From: an uncultured Candidatus Saccharibacteria bacterium
Lineage (GTDB): Bacteria; Patescibacteriota; Saccharimonadia; Saccharimonadales; Saccharimonadaceae
Reading direction: 5' to 3'
DNA length: 64,000 nucleotides
Assembly: GCA_947425245.1 (NCBI GenBank)
Contig: CANDYU010000001.1
Coordinates: 63,028 to 127,027, forward strand
Under the pieces are notes generated by a model. The model saw only the letters and a list, made by a program, of their open reading frames with translations. It did no database searches and was not told the DNA's origin. Made by a program: the position numbers and the translations under genes. The first letter of the stretch is position 1; the number at the start of each line of letters is the position of its first letter. Of the stretch, positions 56,801-64,000 are shown one piece after another.

Positions 56801-57326
56801 TACTAATCCCGAAGCCGGTGATTTGGGAATAAATAACAATGAGCATAAAGATGACAAAGATGATGTTGGTGATGTTTCTAACATATTGCCAGAGGAGAAA
56901 GACGGGGGATTCGCGGTCGGTCGAGATGGGGTGGACGATGAGGAGTTCGTCGATGATTTGGTAAATCCCGTCGACGGCCTTCCCTGCTACGGATAGTGCA
57001 CTACAAAGGATCCAGGAGAGTGCACCGGATTGATCCTGGCAGATGGTTTTTCCTTCGATAAGGTTTTCTTCGTCGTCGATACTATCCTCGTCGTTGATGC
57101 TGTCTTCGTTGGGGTTTTCGTTTTCGGTGTTTTCACCGTCTTCGATTTCAGTTTCGAGAAGCTCATCCGGGTTGATGGTCGTGGTGGTTAAGGCTGGGGT
57201 GGTCGGTTGGACGATGGGTTGAGCGTCAAGAGCAGTAGCCTTGATTGAGATGAGGAAAAGGTCGGCAAAAAGAATGACAAATACAGAGAGGATAGAAAAG
57301 ATGGATTTTCGTGCTAAAAACTTCAT
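53817..57326 (-). CDS. Giant (1169 aa) VirB6/TrbL/PrgH-like polytopic T4SS channel protein with a C-terminal soluble extension of about 700 aa
   Basis: Signal or TM segment, an acidic stretch, at least 6 TM helices (residues about 130-400) and a long hydrophilic C-terminus. It is the first gene of the operon and is divergent from the pilin genes. Confidence 0.6.
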   Translation of the reverse strand: MKFLARKSIFSILSVFVILFADLFLISIKATALDAQPIVQPTTPALTTTTINPDELLETEIEDGENTENENPNEDSINDEDSIDDEENLIEGKTICQDQSGALSWILCSALSVAGKAVDGIYQIIDELLIVHPISTDRESPVFLLWQYVRNITNIIFVIFMLIVIYSQITGFGISNYGIKRVLPRVIIAAILVNLSYIITVLAVDVSNIVGSSLMDAFSEVQDAIHLTEDPIAQVSWSEMAAYFAGGATLAWAATVASGGVGHLLWMFAILIFGALLSALIGLLTIALRQGVILILIMIAPLAFVCYLLPNTERWFKKWKDLLFQMLIFFPMFSFLFGASKLASWAIITSADGSMFRILIGLGLRVLPLFMATSLLKMSGTILGKVSAALGTAAKPIYGGVGNWANSHAEVARRRYLASNNTLNGSRLRNYLAYKQEMRNLKIDAGTRTFASRAKTRALLEASSYDGRSKDGLDQWKKKASKTTQLLKEASLQDTLASTAQKNLDNTLSEYGDIFESNLAGTKREEQSLGYQHGQAYYEAMMQQFRAENIAQGDQSFLLKGYLDAVKNHSRGNSTEFNRLIKNATGSLGHIGESTIMGQVLLRSSEIEGRRRREVGIVMNKFNIDKRGFRAMSLDKGAVNDDGVELDENGEKLEDMNYNFLSDEHAARSRKWDKYIARHVTTGQEIEKEAYDNLSDEEQKNYTRIRYMEIKDDKGDTIQRVYADDAAYMKEMLIKTINVGDPINRRYNISYGTGDASTGTAPGILRQFHSTISAAMLDSRYKDHAAEVTPMLTSQANLGYINTIGQYHIANLQSLSVATKPGSFFQNDAYAINTWAALISSLTATEPGKRFDDLISDADIEGYRDVNGGHLKGLQLVTDQNGKKTWQEIAANQATTEQRRNFVKHSILPRAARKLTGMLNRNITPNMSENIKPDGYDAINNLAIALGNIGEENFNEALAFEDRLNPDNDIFDVKDYNTHRAVIANAQKNIQQAKANYTTSHPTPPPVRPHASQNNGGIPFGGTNDTNNSNAENSDLPLPNIVAPSSDSNNSSPNSNPTLNNFNNQLQRSNDRNDYVANISSAAHIMQQVEDILHSSNDFHAVSELLRSYAHNNPGLTSIAPDIDDIIDSIAYQYSQQAFNQSFGIIDDGEDQRLDQLREEITSYLNAYL

Positions 57327-57492
57327 TTGTCAAACATCCCAATAAATCCCAATGCAGGGTTATGACCTAATTATAGCACACATAAGCATGATAGTCAATA
57401 TAAAATATGTAATTTTGTCTAGTTTGTCAATGGTTATGCTTAAAAACGGATGAGTGGTGGATTTTCGGGTGAAATAATGCTAGAATGGTGGC

Positions 57493-58176
57493 ATGATGAA
57501 GAAGTTTTTGGCGTTTTTTGGGGTAATAGCTACAGTATGGATGGGCCTTTTAGTATTAAATCCGACAAATGTTTTTGCGGCGAGGGGTCAATGTAGTGAG
57601 GGGTTCTTGGGTTTTCGTCCTTGGTACGATGGACTTTGTAGTGGGGGTGAGATTGAACAGCCACAGGGTGAAGATGAGCTAATTACCTATGCTTGGACGG
57701 TTGCTTTGAATATCTTGGTGGATTTGTTAGTAGCTGTGGGGTATTTGGCCTTAGGGTTTGTGGTGTATGGTGGGTATTTATATATTATGTCGCAAGGAGA
57801 TCCGGGCAAGTTGGCAAAGGGTAAAAAGACATTAACTTCGGCAATTATCGGAACGATTATTGCTATGGTGGCGTCGATTGCGGTGAATACTTTGAAGGTG
57901 GTATTAGGAATTAATACTAATGGGTGGAATCAGGGCGAGATTACGCAGGATCAGATTTCTAATCTTTTCTCGTGGGTTTATACGGTAGGGGGGATTGTGG
58001 CGGTGATTTTTATCGTGAAGGGGGCGTTAGAGTATATGATATCGCATGGGGATCCAGGTAAGGCACGATCGGCAACGCAAACGATTCTTTATGCGGTGGT
58101 GGGTCTGATTATTGTGTTGTTAGCGGCGGCGATTACGACGTTTGTGATTACATCGGTTAGTGGAAACTTGCAATAG
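57493..58176 (+). CDS. T4SS pilin (TrbC/VirB2-like), duplicated-domain form
   Basis: Signal peptide, a Cys pair, and two copies of the TM-SxGDPGK-basic-TM module (MSQGDPGKLAKGKK and ISHGDPGKARSA). Confidence 0.75.
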   Translation: MMKKFLAFFGVIATVWMGLLVLNPTNVFAARGQCSEGFLGFRPWYDGLCSGGEIEQPQGEDELITYAWTVALNILVDLLVAVGYLALGFVVYGGYLYIMSQGDPGKLAKGKKTLTSAIIGTIIAMVASIAVNTLKVVLGINTNGWNQGEITQDQISNLFSWVYTVGGIVAVIFIVKGALEYMISHGDPGKARSATQTILYAVVGLIIVLLAAAITTFVITSVSGNLQ

Positions 58177-58187
58177 GAAGGAGGAGT

Positions 58188-58577
58188 ATGAGGAAGATTT
58201 TAGTAGTGATGGGGTTGTTGGTATTATCAGTGTTGGGATTGGGGGTCTTGGTTAATTCCCCAGTGATGGCCTTATCGAATGTTTGTGATGATCCGGACAT
58301 TGCGGAGGATTTAAAGGAGGCGGCGGGGTGTGAGCTGGATAGTAATGATAACGTCTTGAATGTAGTAGTGGGGCTGATTGAGGTGGCGTTAGGGTTGTTT
58401 GGGCTAATCGGGGTGGGGGTAATTGTGTATGGGGCTTTGATTTATACGACTAGTGTTGGCGATACTGGTAAAACAGCAAAAGCGAAGAATATTATATTGT
58501 ATGGAATAGTAGGGTTAGTAGTGTCGATGTTGGCTTTTGCGGTCGTGCGGTTCGTTTCCGCAGTAATTGGCGGGTAA
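58188..58577 (+). CDS. T4SS pilin (TrbC/VirB2-like)
   Basis: Signal peptide, a Cys pair, then TM-TSVGDTGKTAKAKN-TM. Confidence 0.75.
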   Translation: MRKILVVMGLLVLSVLGLGVLVNSPVMALSNVCDDPDIAEDLKEAAGCELDSNDNVLNVVVGLIEVALGLFGLIGVGVIVYGALIYTTSVGDTGKTAKAKNIILYGIVGLVVSMLAFAVVRFVSAVIGG

Positions 58578-58647
58578 AAATATAGACATTTTATATTTTA
58601 TGATGTATTATGGTAGTAATTATAGATAATTGGAAAGGAATAATTTA

Positions 58648-59049
58648 ATGAAGAAAGTAGTTTTAAGTGTAATTGCTACAGTATTGATGGTCCTTGGTTT
58701 GACTAGTGTTGCAACGCTTTCTCCAGCTTATGCAACTGTAATTTGTCCGGATGGACAGACAGCAGATAATATTGGTCAGTGTGATGGATGGGATAATGAC
58801 CATGGTATTTCTGAAAATAGTGATTTGATGGGCACCTTGACGACGATTATTAACGTCGTGGTTGGTGTAATTGGCTTTGTCGCTGTGGCGATGATTGTGA
58901 TGGGTGGTATTGGTTTTGCTACTTCTCAGGGTGATGCTGGTAAGACTACAAAAGCTCGTAACACTATTCTTTATGGCGTAGTTGGTTTAGTGGTTGCTAT
59001 GTTGGCGTTTGCTGTGGTCAACTTCGTACTTGGTGCAATCTTCAAATAA
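58648..59049 (+). CDS. T4SS pilin (TrbC/VirB2-like)
   Basis: The ATG at 58648 follows a GGAAAGGA RBS. Signal peptide, a Cys pair, then TM-TSQGDAGKTTKARN-TM. Confidence 0.75.
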   Translation: MKKVVLSVIATVLMVLGLTSVATLSPAYATVICPDGQTADNIGQCDGWDNDHGISENSDLMGTLTTIINVVVGVIGFVAVAMIVMGGIGFATSQGDAGKTTKARNTILYGVVGLVVAMLAFAVVNFVLGAIFK

Positions 59050-59074
59050 TAACTTAATTTTGCTGGTATAGTAA

Positions 59075-59491
59075 ATGAAGATTAAAGCTTTAGTTATGGC
59101 TGGCGTGATGACACTGATGGGGGCGGTTGGTGTCATTGCTGTTTCAGGGGGGGCTTGGGCAACGATTACATGTCCGACGGGGAGCTTGCACGCAAATAAA
59201 GAGAAGCCAAGCCTGGCGGAATGTAACTTGCCAAACAAAGAGGAGGGGGATCCAGAGTTAATTGATACTGTGATTACGATTATTAATGTCATTGTAGGTT
59301 TTGTTGCAGTGATTGCGGTGATTGCTATTGTGATTGGTGGTATCTATTATGTTATTTCGGTTGGGGATTCGAGTAAGACGACTAAGGGTAAGAATGCAAT
59401 CCTGTACGGGATTGTTGGGTTGGTTATTTCCCTTCTGGCTTTTGCGATTGTGAACTTTGTGTTGACGGCGGTGTTTGGACCAAAGGGTTAG
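59075..59491 (+). CDS. T4SS pilin (TrbC/VirB2-like)
   Basis: Signal peptide, a Cys pair, then TM-ISVGDSSKTTKGKN-TM. Confidence 0.75.
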   Translation: MKIKALVMAGVMTLMGAVGVIAVSGGAWATITCPTGSLHANKEKPSLAECNLPNKEEGDPELIDTVITIINVIVGFVAVIAVIAIVIGGIYYVISVGDSSKTTKGKNAILYGIVGLVISLLAFAIVNFVLTAVFGPKG

Positions 59492-59496
59492 TATAA

Positions 59497-59859
59497 GGAT
59501 ATCCCACTAGAATTAATATAAGTATACTCCCAGAGTTTTGGTTACTTGTTTTCGGACCGGATGTCGTGTCGTCCCGTCTGACCGAAGGTCAGAACTCCGG
59601 GCGTCGATTCGGAAGCAGGAATGTTACACATTCCTGCTTCACTCATCTCCTGGGAGAAGCGTCACGGGCGACACGCAACCTACGACCAACGCGACTAAAG
59701 TCGCTACCAGCTGGGCGTCACCTCAAGATAAAGAATGCGAAGCATTCTTTATCTATTCGGTTCCTACGGCTGGACGGTCGTAAGCTCCGAGAGTTCCTCT
59801 AACAAGCAACCAAAACTCTGGGAAGATACTTATACCAATCCTAGTTCTGGTGGGATACC
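59497..59859. repeat. Giant imperfect hairpin element (about 363 nt) between the pilin operon and cassette C
   Basis: The outer arms of about 55 bp (GGATATCCCAC..CCCAGAGTTTTGGTTACTTGTT and its complement) enclose several perfect internal hairpins, e.g. GAAGCAGGAATG-ttaca-CATTCCTGCTTC. The core ends TCGGACCGGATGTC and GAGTTCCTCT are shared with 17138-17265. Confidence 0.55.
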
Positions 59860-59863
59860 TAAA

Positions 59864-60089
59864 CTTATCTAACCTAGTACGCCAGACAACGGATGGGGAA
59901 AGCGTACCAACGACGGTACGGGCCGTTCGACGGGCTGACGCCACTAGCATCGAAACCGAGGCTGTAACCTGCCAAACTAGCAGACCCATCGTTGTAAACG
60001 GGCGAAGCCGTAGTCGACCAATAGTAGCCATTGACGCCAAGATACCGGGCAGAGCCGTTGTCGCGACGGACGACCCCGCTACGGACGAA
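59864..60089 (-). repeat. Lectin-like cassette C; promoterless, located after the hsp20 terminator
   Basis: FVRSGVVRRDNGSARYLGVNGYYWSTTASPVYNDGSASLAGYSLGFDASGVSPSNGPYRRWYAFPIRCLAY*. It differs from cassette A at 17 of 216 nt. Confidence 0.7.
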
Positions 60090-60148
60090 GGGGTGGGCGG
60101 CTGGCCTAGGTTTATGGTGGATTACGGTGATGCGATATTGGGTAATGT

Positions 60149-60186
60149 CAAAAAACGCCGCGGCGTAAGGGCGTTGGCGTTTTTTG
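60149..60186. terminator. Terminator hairpin downstream of hsp20
   Basis: AAAAAACGCC...GGCGTTTTTT with an internal ACGCCG/CGGCGT stem. Confidence 0.6.
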
Positions 60187-60221
60187 ATGTGTGAGTTTGG
60201 TTGTTAACCGTAGTTGGTGAT

Positions 60222-60719
60222 TTAGTTGATTTGGATGATACGGTTAGTGTTTTGTTGCTCCTTGTCGAACATGATGGTAAGAACGCCATCCTTAAGTTCG
60301 GCACGGACGGTTCCCTCGTCTTCCTTGACGGGAACTGGCAGGGCGATAGTACGGGAGAACTCGCCCCAGTAACATTCTTGAATATGCCAGGCGGTGGTGT
60401 TTTCGTCTTCGCCGCCGCTGAGAATGCCAGAGATCGTGAGGATATTCTCGGAGATCGAGACATTGAGGTCGGATTTGGAAATGCCGGCCGTGCGGGCTTT
60501 AATTACTAGTTTGTCGGCGGTTTCATAGACATCTACGGCGAGTTGTCCTGGAAAGTCGTCGGTATTTTCCCACCCATCATCTCCCCCGTCTGATGGTTCA
60601 ACGTCGAGGGCAGCTTTTTCGGTTCGGTCGACGATTGGCGAAGTTTCGAAATCATCGGCGAAAGCGGCTGCTAGTTCATCTTCCATCAGCATGTCGTCAC
60701 TACTATTGGTACGAGCCAT
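60222..60719 (-). CDS. Hsp20/alpha-crystallin family small heat-shock protein
   Basis: LAVDVYETADKLVIKARTAGISKSDLNVSI...AELKDGVLTI alpha-crystallin domain. Confidence 0.88.
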   Translation of the reverse strand: MARTNSSDDMLMEDELAAAFADDFETSPIVDRTEKAALDVEPSDGGDDGWENTDDFPGQLAVDVYETADKLVIKARTAGISKSDLNVSISENILTISGILSGGEDENTTAWHIQECYWGEFSRTIALPVPVKEDEGTVRAELKDGVLTIMFDKEQQNTNRIIQIN

Positions 60720-60792
60720 TGCTTGAATTACCTCCGTTATATATTGTTATGCTTTATTATAGGGGAGAATTGCAGTAAAATCAATAGATATT

Positions 60793-61491
60793 ATGAATAA
60801 TGTTGTAAAAAACACAATGATAAAATGGCTACTAGACTTGGTGTGCCCACATATCTGTATGAATTGCGGTGAGGTGGGAGAAATATTGTGTGAATGTTGT
60901 AAAAATGACATGTTATTTTCACAAAAAATGGTTTGTCCATTGTGTAAGCAGGAGGTAGATGCTGGAAGGTGTAGTGAATGTGATCTTCCTTTTTCGGCTT
61001 TGTTTGTGGTGGGGTGGCGAGAAGGCGTTTTGGCGAAATTGACCAAGGATTATAAATATAGGTCACTGAGGGCGGCTGGAGAGGTTCTGGCAGATTGTTT
61101 GGCTTGGCGGATTGGTGAAAGGTTGGAGGAAGAGGAGGTGTTGGTAGTTCCCTTGCCAACGATTGGGAAGCATATTCGGCAGAGAGGGTTTGATCATACA
61201 GCGGATTTATCGAGGAAATTAGCGGCTAGGAAGGGGTGGGAATATTTGGAAGTGTTGGGCAGAGCGACAGATGCGGTGCAGGTTGGGGCGAATATGCAGA
61301 AAAGGCAAGAGCAAGCGGCAAAAACATATTGTACCTTGCGGCAGTTTGATTTGTATAAAACGCTGTTGTTGGTGGATGACGTTTGGACGAGTGGGGCGAG
61401 TATGCTGGCGGCGGCAAAAGTATTGCGTGAAGCAGGGGCGAAAAAGCTTGTGGCAGGAGTAATAATGACTGGTAAACCAGAAGATGAGTAA
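60793..61491 (+). CDS. comFC: ComF family protein (ComFC-like phosphoribosyltransferase with N-terminal zinc ribbons)
   Basis: CPHICMNCGE..CECC..CPLCKQ..CSEC Cys clusters plus a C-terminal PRT motif LLVDDVWTSGAS. Confidence 0.85.
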   Translation: MNNVVKNTMIKWLLDLVCPHICMNCGEVGEILCECCKNDMLFSQKMVCPLCKQEVDAGRCSECDLPFSALFVVGWREGVLAKLTKDYKYRSLRAAGEVLADCLAWRIGERLEEEEVLVVPLPTIGKHIRQRGFDHTADLSRKLAARKGWEYLEVLGRATDAVQVGANMQKRQEQAAKTYCTLRQFDLYKTLLLVDDVWTSGASMLAAAKVLREAGAKKLVAGVIMTGKPEDE

Positions 61492-61507
61492 CCAGAAGAC
61501 AGTGGAT

Positions 61508-61936
61508 TTAGCTAAGGAAATGAGAGAAGGTCTCTAGGAGACATGCGGTGGATTCTGGTTCGGAAGCTGGGGCGATAGAGTTGAGGACGAAGTTGACGAT
61601 AGCGTAAGCTAGGAAAGAGATGATAAGACCGAGTATGGCGTAGAGGATGGTATTTTTAGCATCGGTAACTTTTTTGCTATCGCCACCGGACATGATATAG
61701 CGTAAGCCTCCCCATACCAACATAACAACAGAGAGAATACCAACGATATAGAGGGCGGTGTTGGTGATTCGGGTGAAGATGCCGTCTGGTCCGATAAGTT
61801 CGGCGGGCATGCCGTCGGCACGGGCGGCTTCGGCTCCTTCTTGGACAGTGAGGGCCATAGCTTTTCCGGTACAGAGAGAAATCATGGTACAAACGCCGGT
61901 AACAATTTGTAGAACATTTTTTGTGAACTTCTTCAT
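61508..61936 (-). CDS. Fifth T4SS pilin paralogue (TrbC/VirB2-like)
   Basis: Signal peptide followed by TM-MSGGDSKKVTDAKN-TM. Confidence 0.7.
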   Translation of the reverse strand: MKKFTKNVLQIVTGVCTMISLCTGKAMALTVQEGAEAARADGMPAELIGPDGIFTRITNTALYIVGILSVVMLVWGGLRYIMSGGDSKKVTDAKNTILYAILGLIISFLAYAIVNFVLNSIAPASEPESTACLLETFSHFLS

Positions 61937-62057
61937 ATAAAATCTCGCAATTAACTTTATGCCAATAATGGCTTCCCTATTAATTACATTATAGCATAAT
62001 ATATAGGATATGGGCAGTAAATGAGTTATAATAAGAGGAAGAAACGAGTGAGGTAAG

Positions 62058-62768
62058 ATGAAAAAAGAGATTGTTGGGGTGATTGTGGTTTTGGTTTTGG
62101 GGGTGGCAGCAGTGATTGGATTGGGAGTGACAGGGATGGTGATTGATCAGGAGCAGGTGGTGGATGACCGGGTGGAACTTGAAGAATTGCCGAGACCGGA
62201 GTTGTCGGGTGGGATGAGGGGTGAGATGGGGATTGATAAGAATATTAATGAGGTAAGCCTAGATAGATATTTGGGGAGGGAGGATGTAGTCTATCGGGAT
62301 GTGAGGATGTTGGTAGATGAGGCGGTGTATGAAAATATCGGGGGTGATTCGTATTTGTCGGGGTATGTTGAAGGGTTTGAGGTGGTGCCGGCACCGCTGC
62401 TGGTAAATATTTCTGGGCTGCCGGAGGTGGTAGGAGAGACTTATCAGGGTAGCACATTGTTCACCGAGATGGATGGTTACTATAGTCCTAATTATGAAGA
62501 GTCGATGGAGATTTTGGAGTATTATTTTCCGAAGGATAAGAAGATATTTTTGATGTGTGGTGGGGGTGGGTATGCGGGAATGGTGAAGAACTTGTTGGTA
62601 GGATTGGGTTGGAAGGCGGATAATATATATAATGTCGGAGGATTTTGGTATTATGACGGTGAACATGGGGTGCAGGTTAAACATGTGGAGGGTGGGTTGA
62701 GTAAGTATGATTTTTGGAAGGTTCCCTATCATGATATTGAGTTCAGCTATTTAACCGAGAAGGAATAG
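62058..62768 (+). CDS. Membrane-anchored extracytoplasmic protein, possibly a rhodanese-like fold (low confidence)
   Basis: N-terminal TM segment. The FLMCGGGGYAGMV loop resembles a rhodanese active-site loop position but lacks the Arg. Confidence 0.35.
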   Translation: MKKEIVGVIVVLVLGVAAVIGLGVTGMVIDQEQVVDDRVELEELPRPELSGGMRGEMGIDKNINEVSLDRYLGREDVVYRDVRMLVDEAVYENIGGDSYLSGYVEGFEVVPAPLLVNISGLPEVVGETYQGSTLFTEMDGYYSPNYEESMEILEYYFPKDKKIFLMCGGGGYAGMVKNLLVGLGWKADNIYNVGGFWYYDGEHGVQVKHVEGGLSKYDFWKVPYHDIEFSYLTEKE

Positions 62769-62769
62769 G

Positions 62770-63264
62770 ATGAAAGGTACGAAGGGGTGTATAGTGCTGT
62801 TTGGGGGGATTTTGGTAGGGCTGTGTTTGGCGATTCTAGTTGGGTTGTTGGTCGTGGTGGGCGGTGGTGCGGATGAGCGAGGTAAAGAATTTCGTTTGGA
62901 GAGTAGGTTGTATGGTACGGGAGAGCTGATTGAGATTTCGGGGGAGGAATATATGGAGATGGTCGGTCGGGGCGAAAGCTTTTTGGTAGTGGCTAGGATG
63001 GAAGTTTGCCCGGCGGAGTTTCCGGTAACGGAGACAGTTAAGAGTTTTGCGGTGAAAGAGGGAGTGAAGGTTTATTCTTTGAAAGAGACGGAGTTTAAGA
63101 AAACGGATCTGGGGGAGAAGGTAAAATATTTACCATCGGTTATTGTGGTGAGGGATGGGGGGATAGCGGATTTTTTGGATGCGGAAGCGGATGAGGATTT
63201 GGGGGCGTATAAGAGTGAGGCGGAGCTTTTAGAGTGGTTGAGGAAGGTTGGAGTTGAGATTTAG
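62770..63264 (+). CDS. Membrane-anchored protein, possibly a thioredoxin-like fold (low confidence)
   Basis: N-terminal TM segment, 164 aa, adjacent to the previous gene (1 nt between its stop and this start). Confidence 0.35.
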   Translation: MKGTKGCIVLFGGILVGLCLAILVGLLVVVGGGADERGKEFRLESRLYGTGELIEISGEEYMEMVGRGESFLVVARMEVCPAEFPVTETVKSFAVKEGVKVYSLKETEFKKTDLGEKVKYLPSVIVVRDGGIADFLDAEADEDLGAYKSEAELLEWLRKVGVEI

Positions 63265-63300
63265 CATATAGAATATCCTAATGCTATGTTTGTTCTTACT

Positions 63301-63521
63301 CTAACCTAGTACGCCAGACAACGGATGGGGTTACCACGCATGCGGTATGCTGGACCATCGGATGTAAAAGATGAGGTCGAGATGAAGAAGTAATATGCGG
63401 AATTTGTAATTTTGACACCATCATCATAAAGCGGAGAGGCTGTAGTTGACCAGTTATAACCGCCATTTCCACTTCTCCAAGCTGCTCCTAAACCTAAATC
63501 TAGGACCCCGCTACGGACGAA
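63301..63521 (-). repeat. Lectin-like cassette F (diverged)
   Basis: FVRSGVLDLGLGAAWRSGNGGYNWSTTASPLYDDGVKITNSAYYFFISTSSFTSDGPAYRMRGNPIRCLAY*. Confidence 0.7.
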
Positions 63522-63540
63522 CTAGTATAGCCTATACAGA

Positions 63541-63846
63541 CTTGTCCGTAGCGGGCACATCTATCGCTACCTCGGCTCTGCCCGGTATCTTGGCTTTCGT
63601 GGCTACTATTGGTCGTCTACAGCTTCGCCCGTTTTCCACGATGGGTCTGCTGGTTTGGCAGTTTACGGCCTCGATTTTAATGCTAGTGGCGTCAACCCGT
63701 CGTATGACCCAGACGCTCGTTGGTACGGTTTCCCCATCCGTTGTCCACGTTCCTGACGTCGCTGACAGAAGCTCGCTCTCTCGGAAATAAAAATGTAAAC
63801 ATTTTTACTTCCGAGAGAGCTCCTCAGTTGGCGTACTAGGTTAGAT
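63541..63846 (+). repeat. Lectin-like cassette G, head-to-head with F across a 19-nt gap; its tail is split by an 83-nt insertion (63746-63828)
   Basis: LVRSGHIYRYLGSARYLGFRGYYWSSTASPVFHDGSAGLAVYGLDFNASGVNPSYDPDARWYGFPIRCPRS*. Confidence 0.7.
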
Positions 63847-64000
63847 GGCTAAACACACAAGCTGAATACACACTCCCACTATTCAACGCATAATATGAAA
63901 ATGTAGGTGGTCTCAAAAGTACCAGGATAATTAAATTGACTCGATGCACTGCCTATATATTTAGTGTTCAATAAATCCCGTTCTCAAATCTGTCAGATTG

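Noticed and set aside
59497-59859. A large structured element considered as SRP RNA, RNase P RNA, tmRNA or 6S RNA.
   Set aside because: - It lacks the SRP domain IV motif (GUCCGGAAGGAAGCAGC-like with a GNRA loop).
- It lacks the RNase P CR-I and CR-IV motifs (GGAAAGUCCGG, ACAGAA..GGCUUA).
- It lacks a tRNA-like CCA end.
- Related elements occur at several loci, which is unexpected for single-copy housekeeping RNAs.

Overview
The window looks like an origin-proximal chromosomal segment of a small-genome, monoderm-type bacterium. I infer a Candidate Phyla Radiation/Patescibacteria (Saccharibacteria-like) organism using standard code 11. The evidence is sparse housekeeping operons, a Gram-positive-style T4SS with many VirB2-like pilins, and a large envelope-glycan locus.

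Gene content, left to right:
- A partial TylF-like methyltransferase, ackA, a polytopic membrane protein, and an orphan dnaK behind two CIRCE operators.
- A metallophosphoesterase, a DUF1113-like membrane protein, a CCA/poly(A)-polymerase-family nucleotidyltransferase, and nusA.
- A non-coding island carrying repeated lectin-like cassettes and tRNA-fMet.
- A roughly 16 kb cell-surface glycopolymer locus: O-antigen-ligase-like protein, GT4, WbaP-like initiating transferase, galE, GT2 enzymes, glf, a Wzm/Wzt-type ABC exporter, and wecB.
- A triple ricin-lectin secreted protein and an LCP ligase.
- The replication-origin neighbourhood: jag, yidC, an acyltransferase, rnpA, rpmH | dnaA, dnaN, recF.
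- A roughly 16 kb minus-strand T4SS operon: VirB6-like, PrgI/VirB3-like, VirB4, and two multidomain peptidoglycan hydrolases.
- Four tandem T4SS pilin genes plus a fifth nearby, then hsp20, comFC and two small membrane-anchored proteins.

Most unusual signals:
1. Seven promoterless cassettes of about 72 codons encode the C-terminal part of a FISUMP/C-type-lectin-like domain. Their ends are near-identical. Variation sits in the first two positions of AAY-type codons, which resembles a DGR VR/TR pattern or silent donor cassettes. No reverse transcriptase, recombinase or expression locus is visible in the window.
2. Helically phased (11 bp) arrays of DnaA-box-like 9-mers are embedded in frame inside three envelope or biosynthesis genes.
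3. A family of very long imperfect hairpin elements has covarying outer stems. Three of them sit in leader, divergent-promoter or cassette-flanking positions and share a related core.
4. The T4SS locus has no relaxase or coupling protein in the window.

All coordinates and alignments were derived by eye from the sequence. No database search was run.
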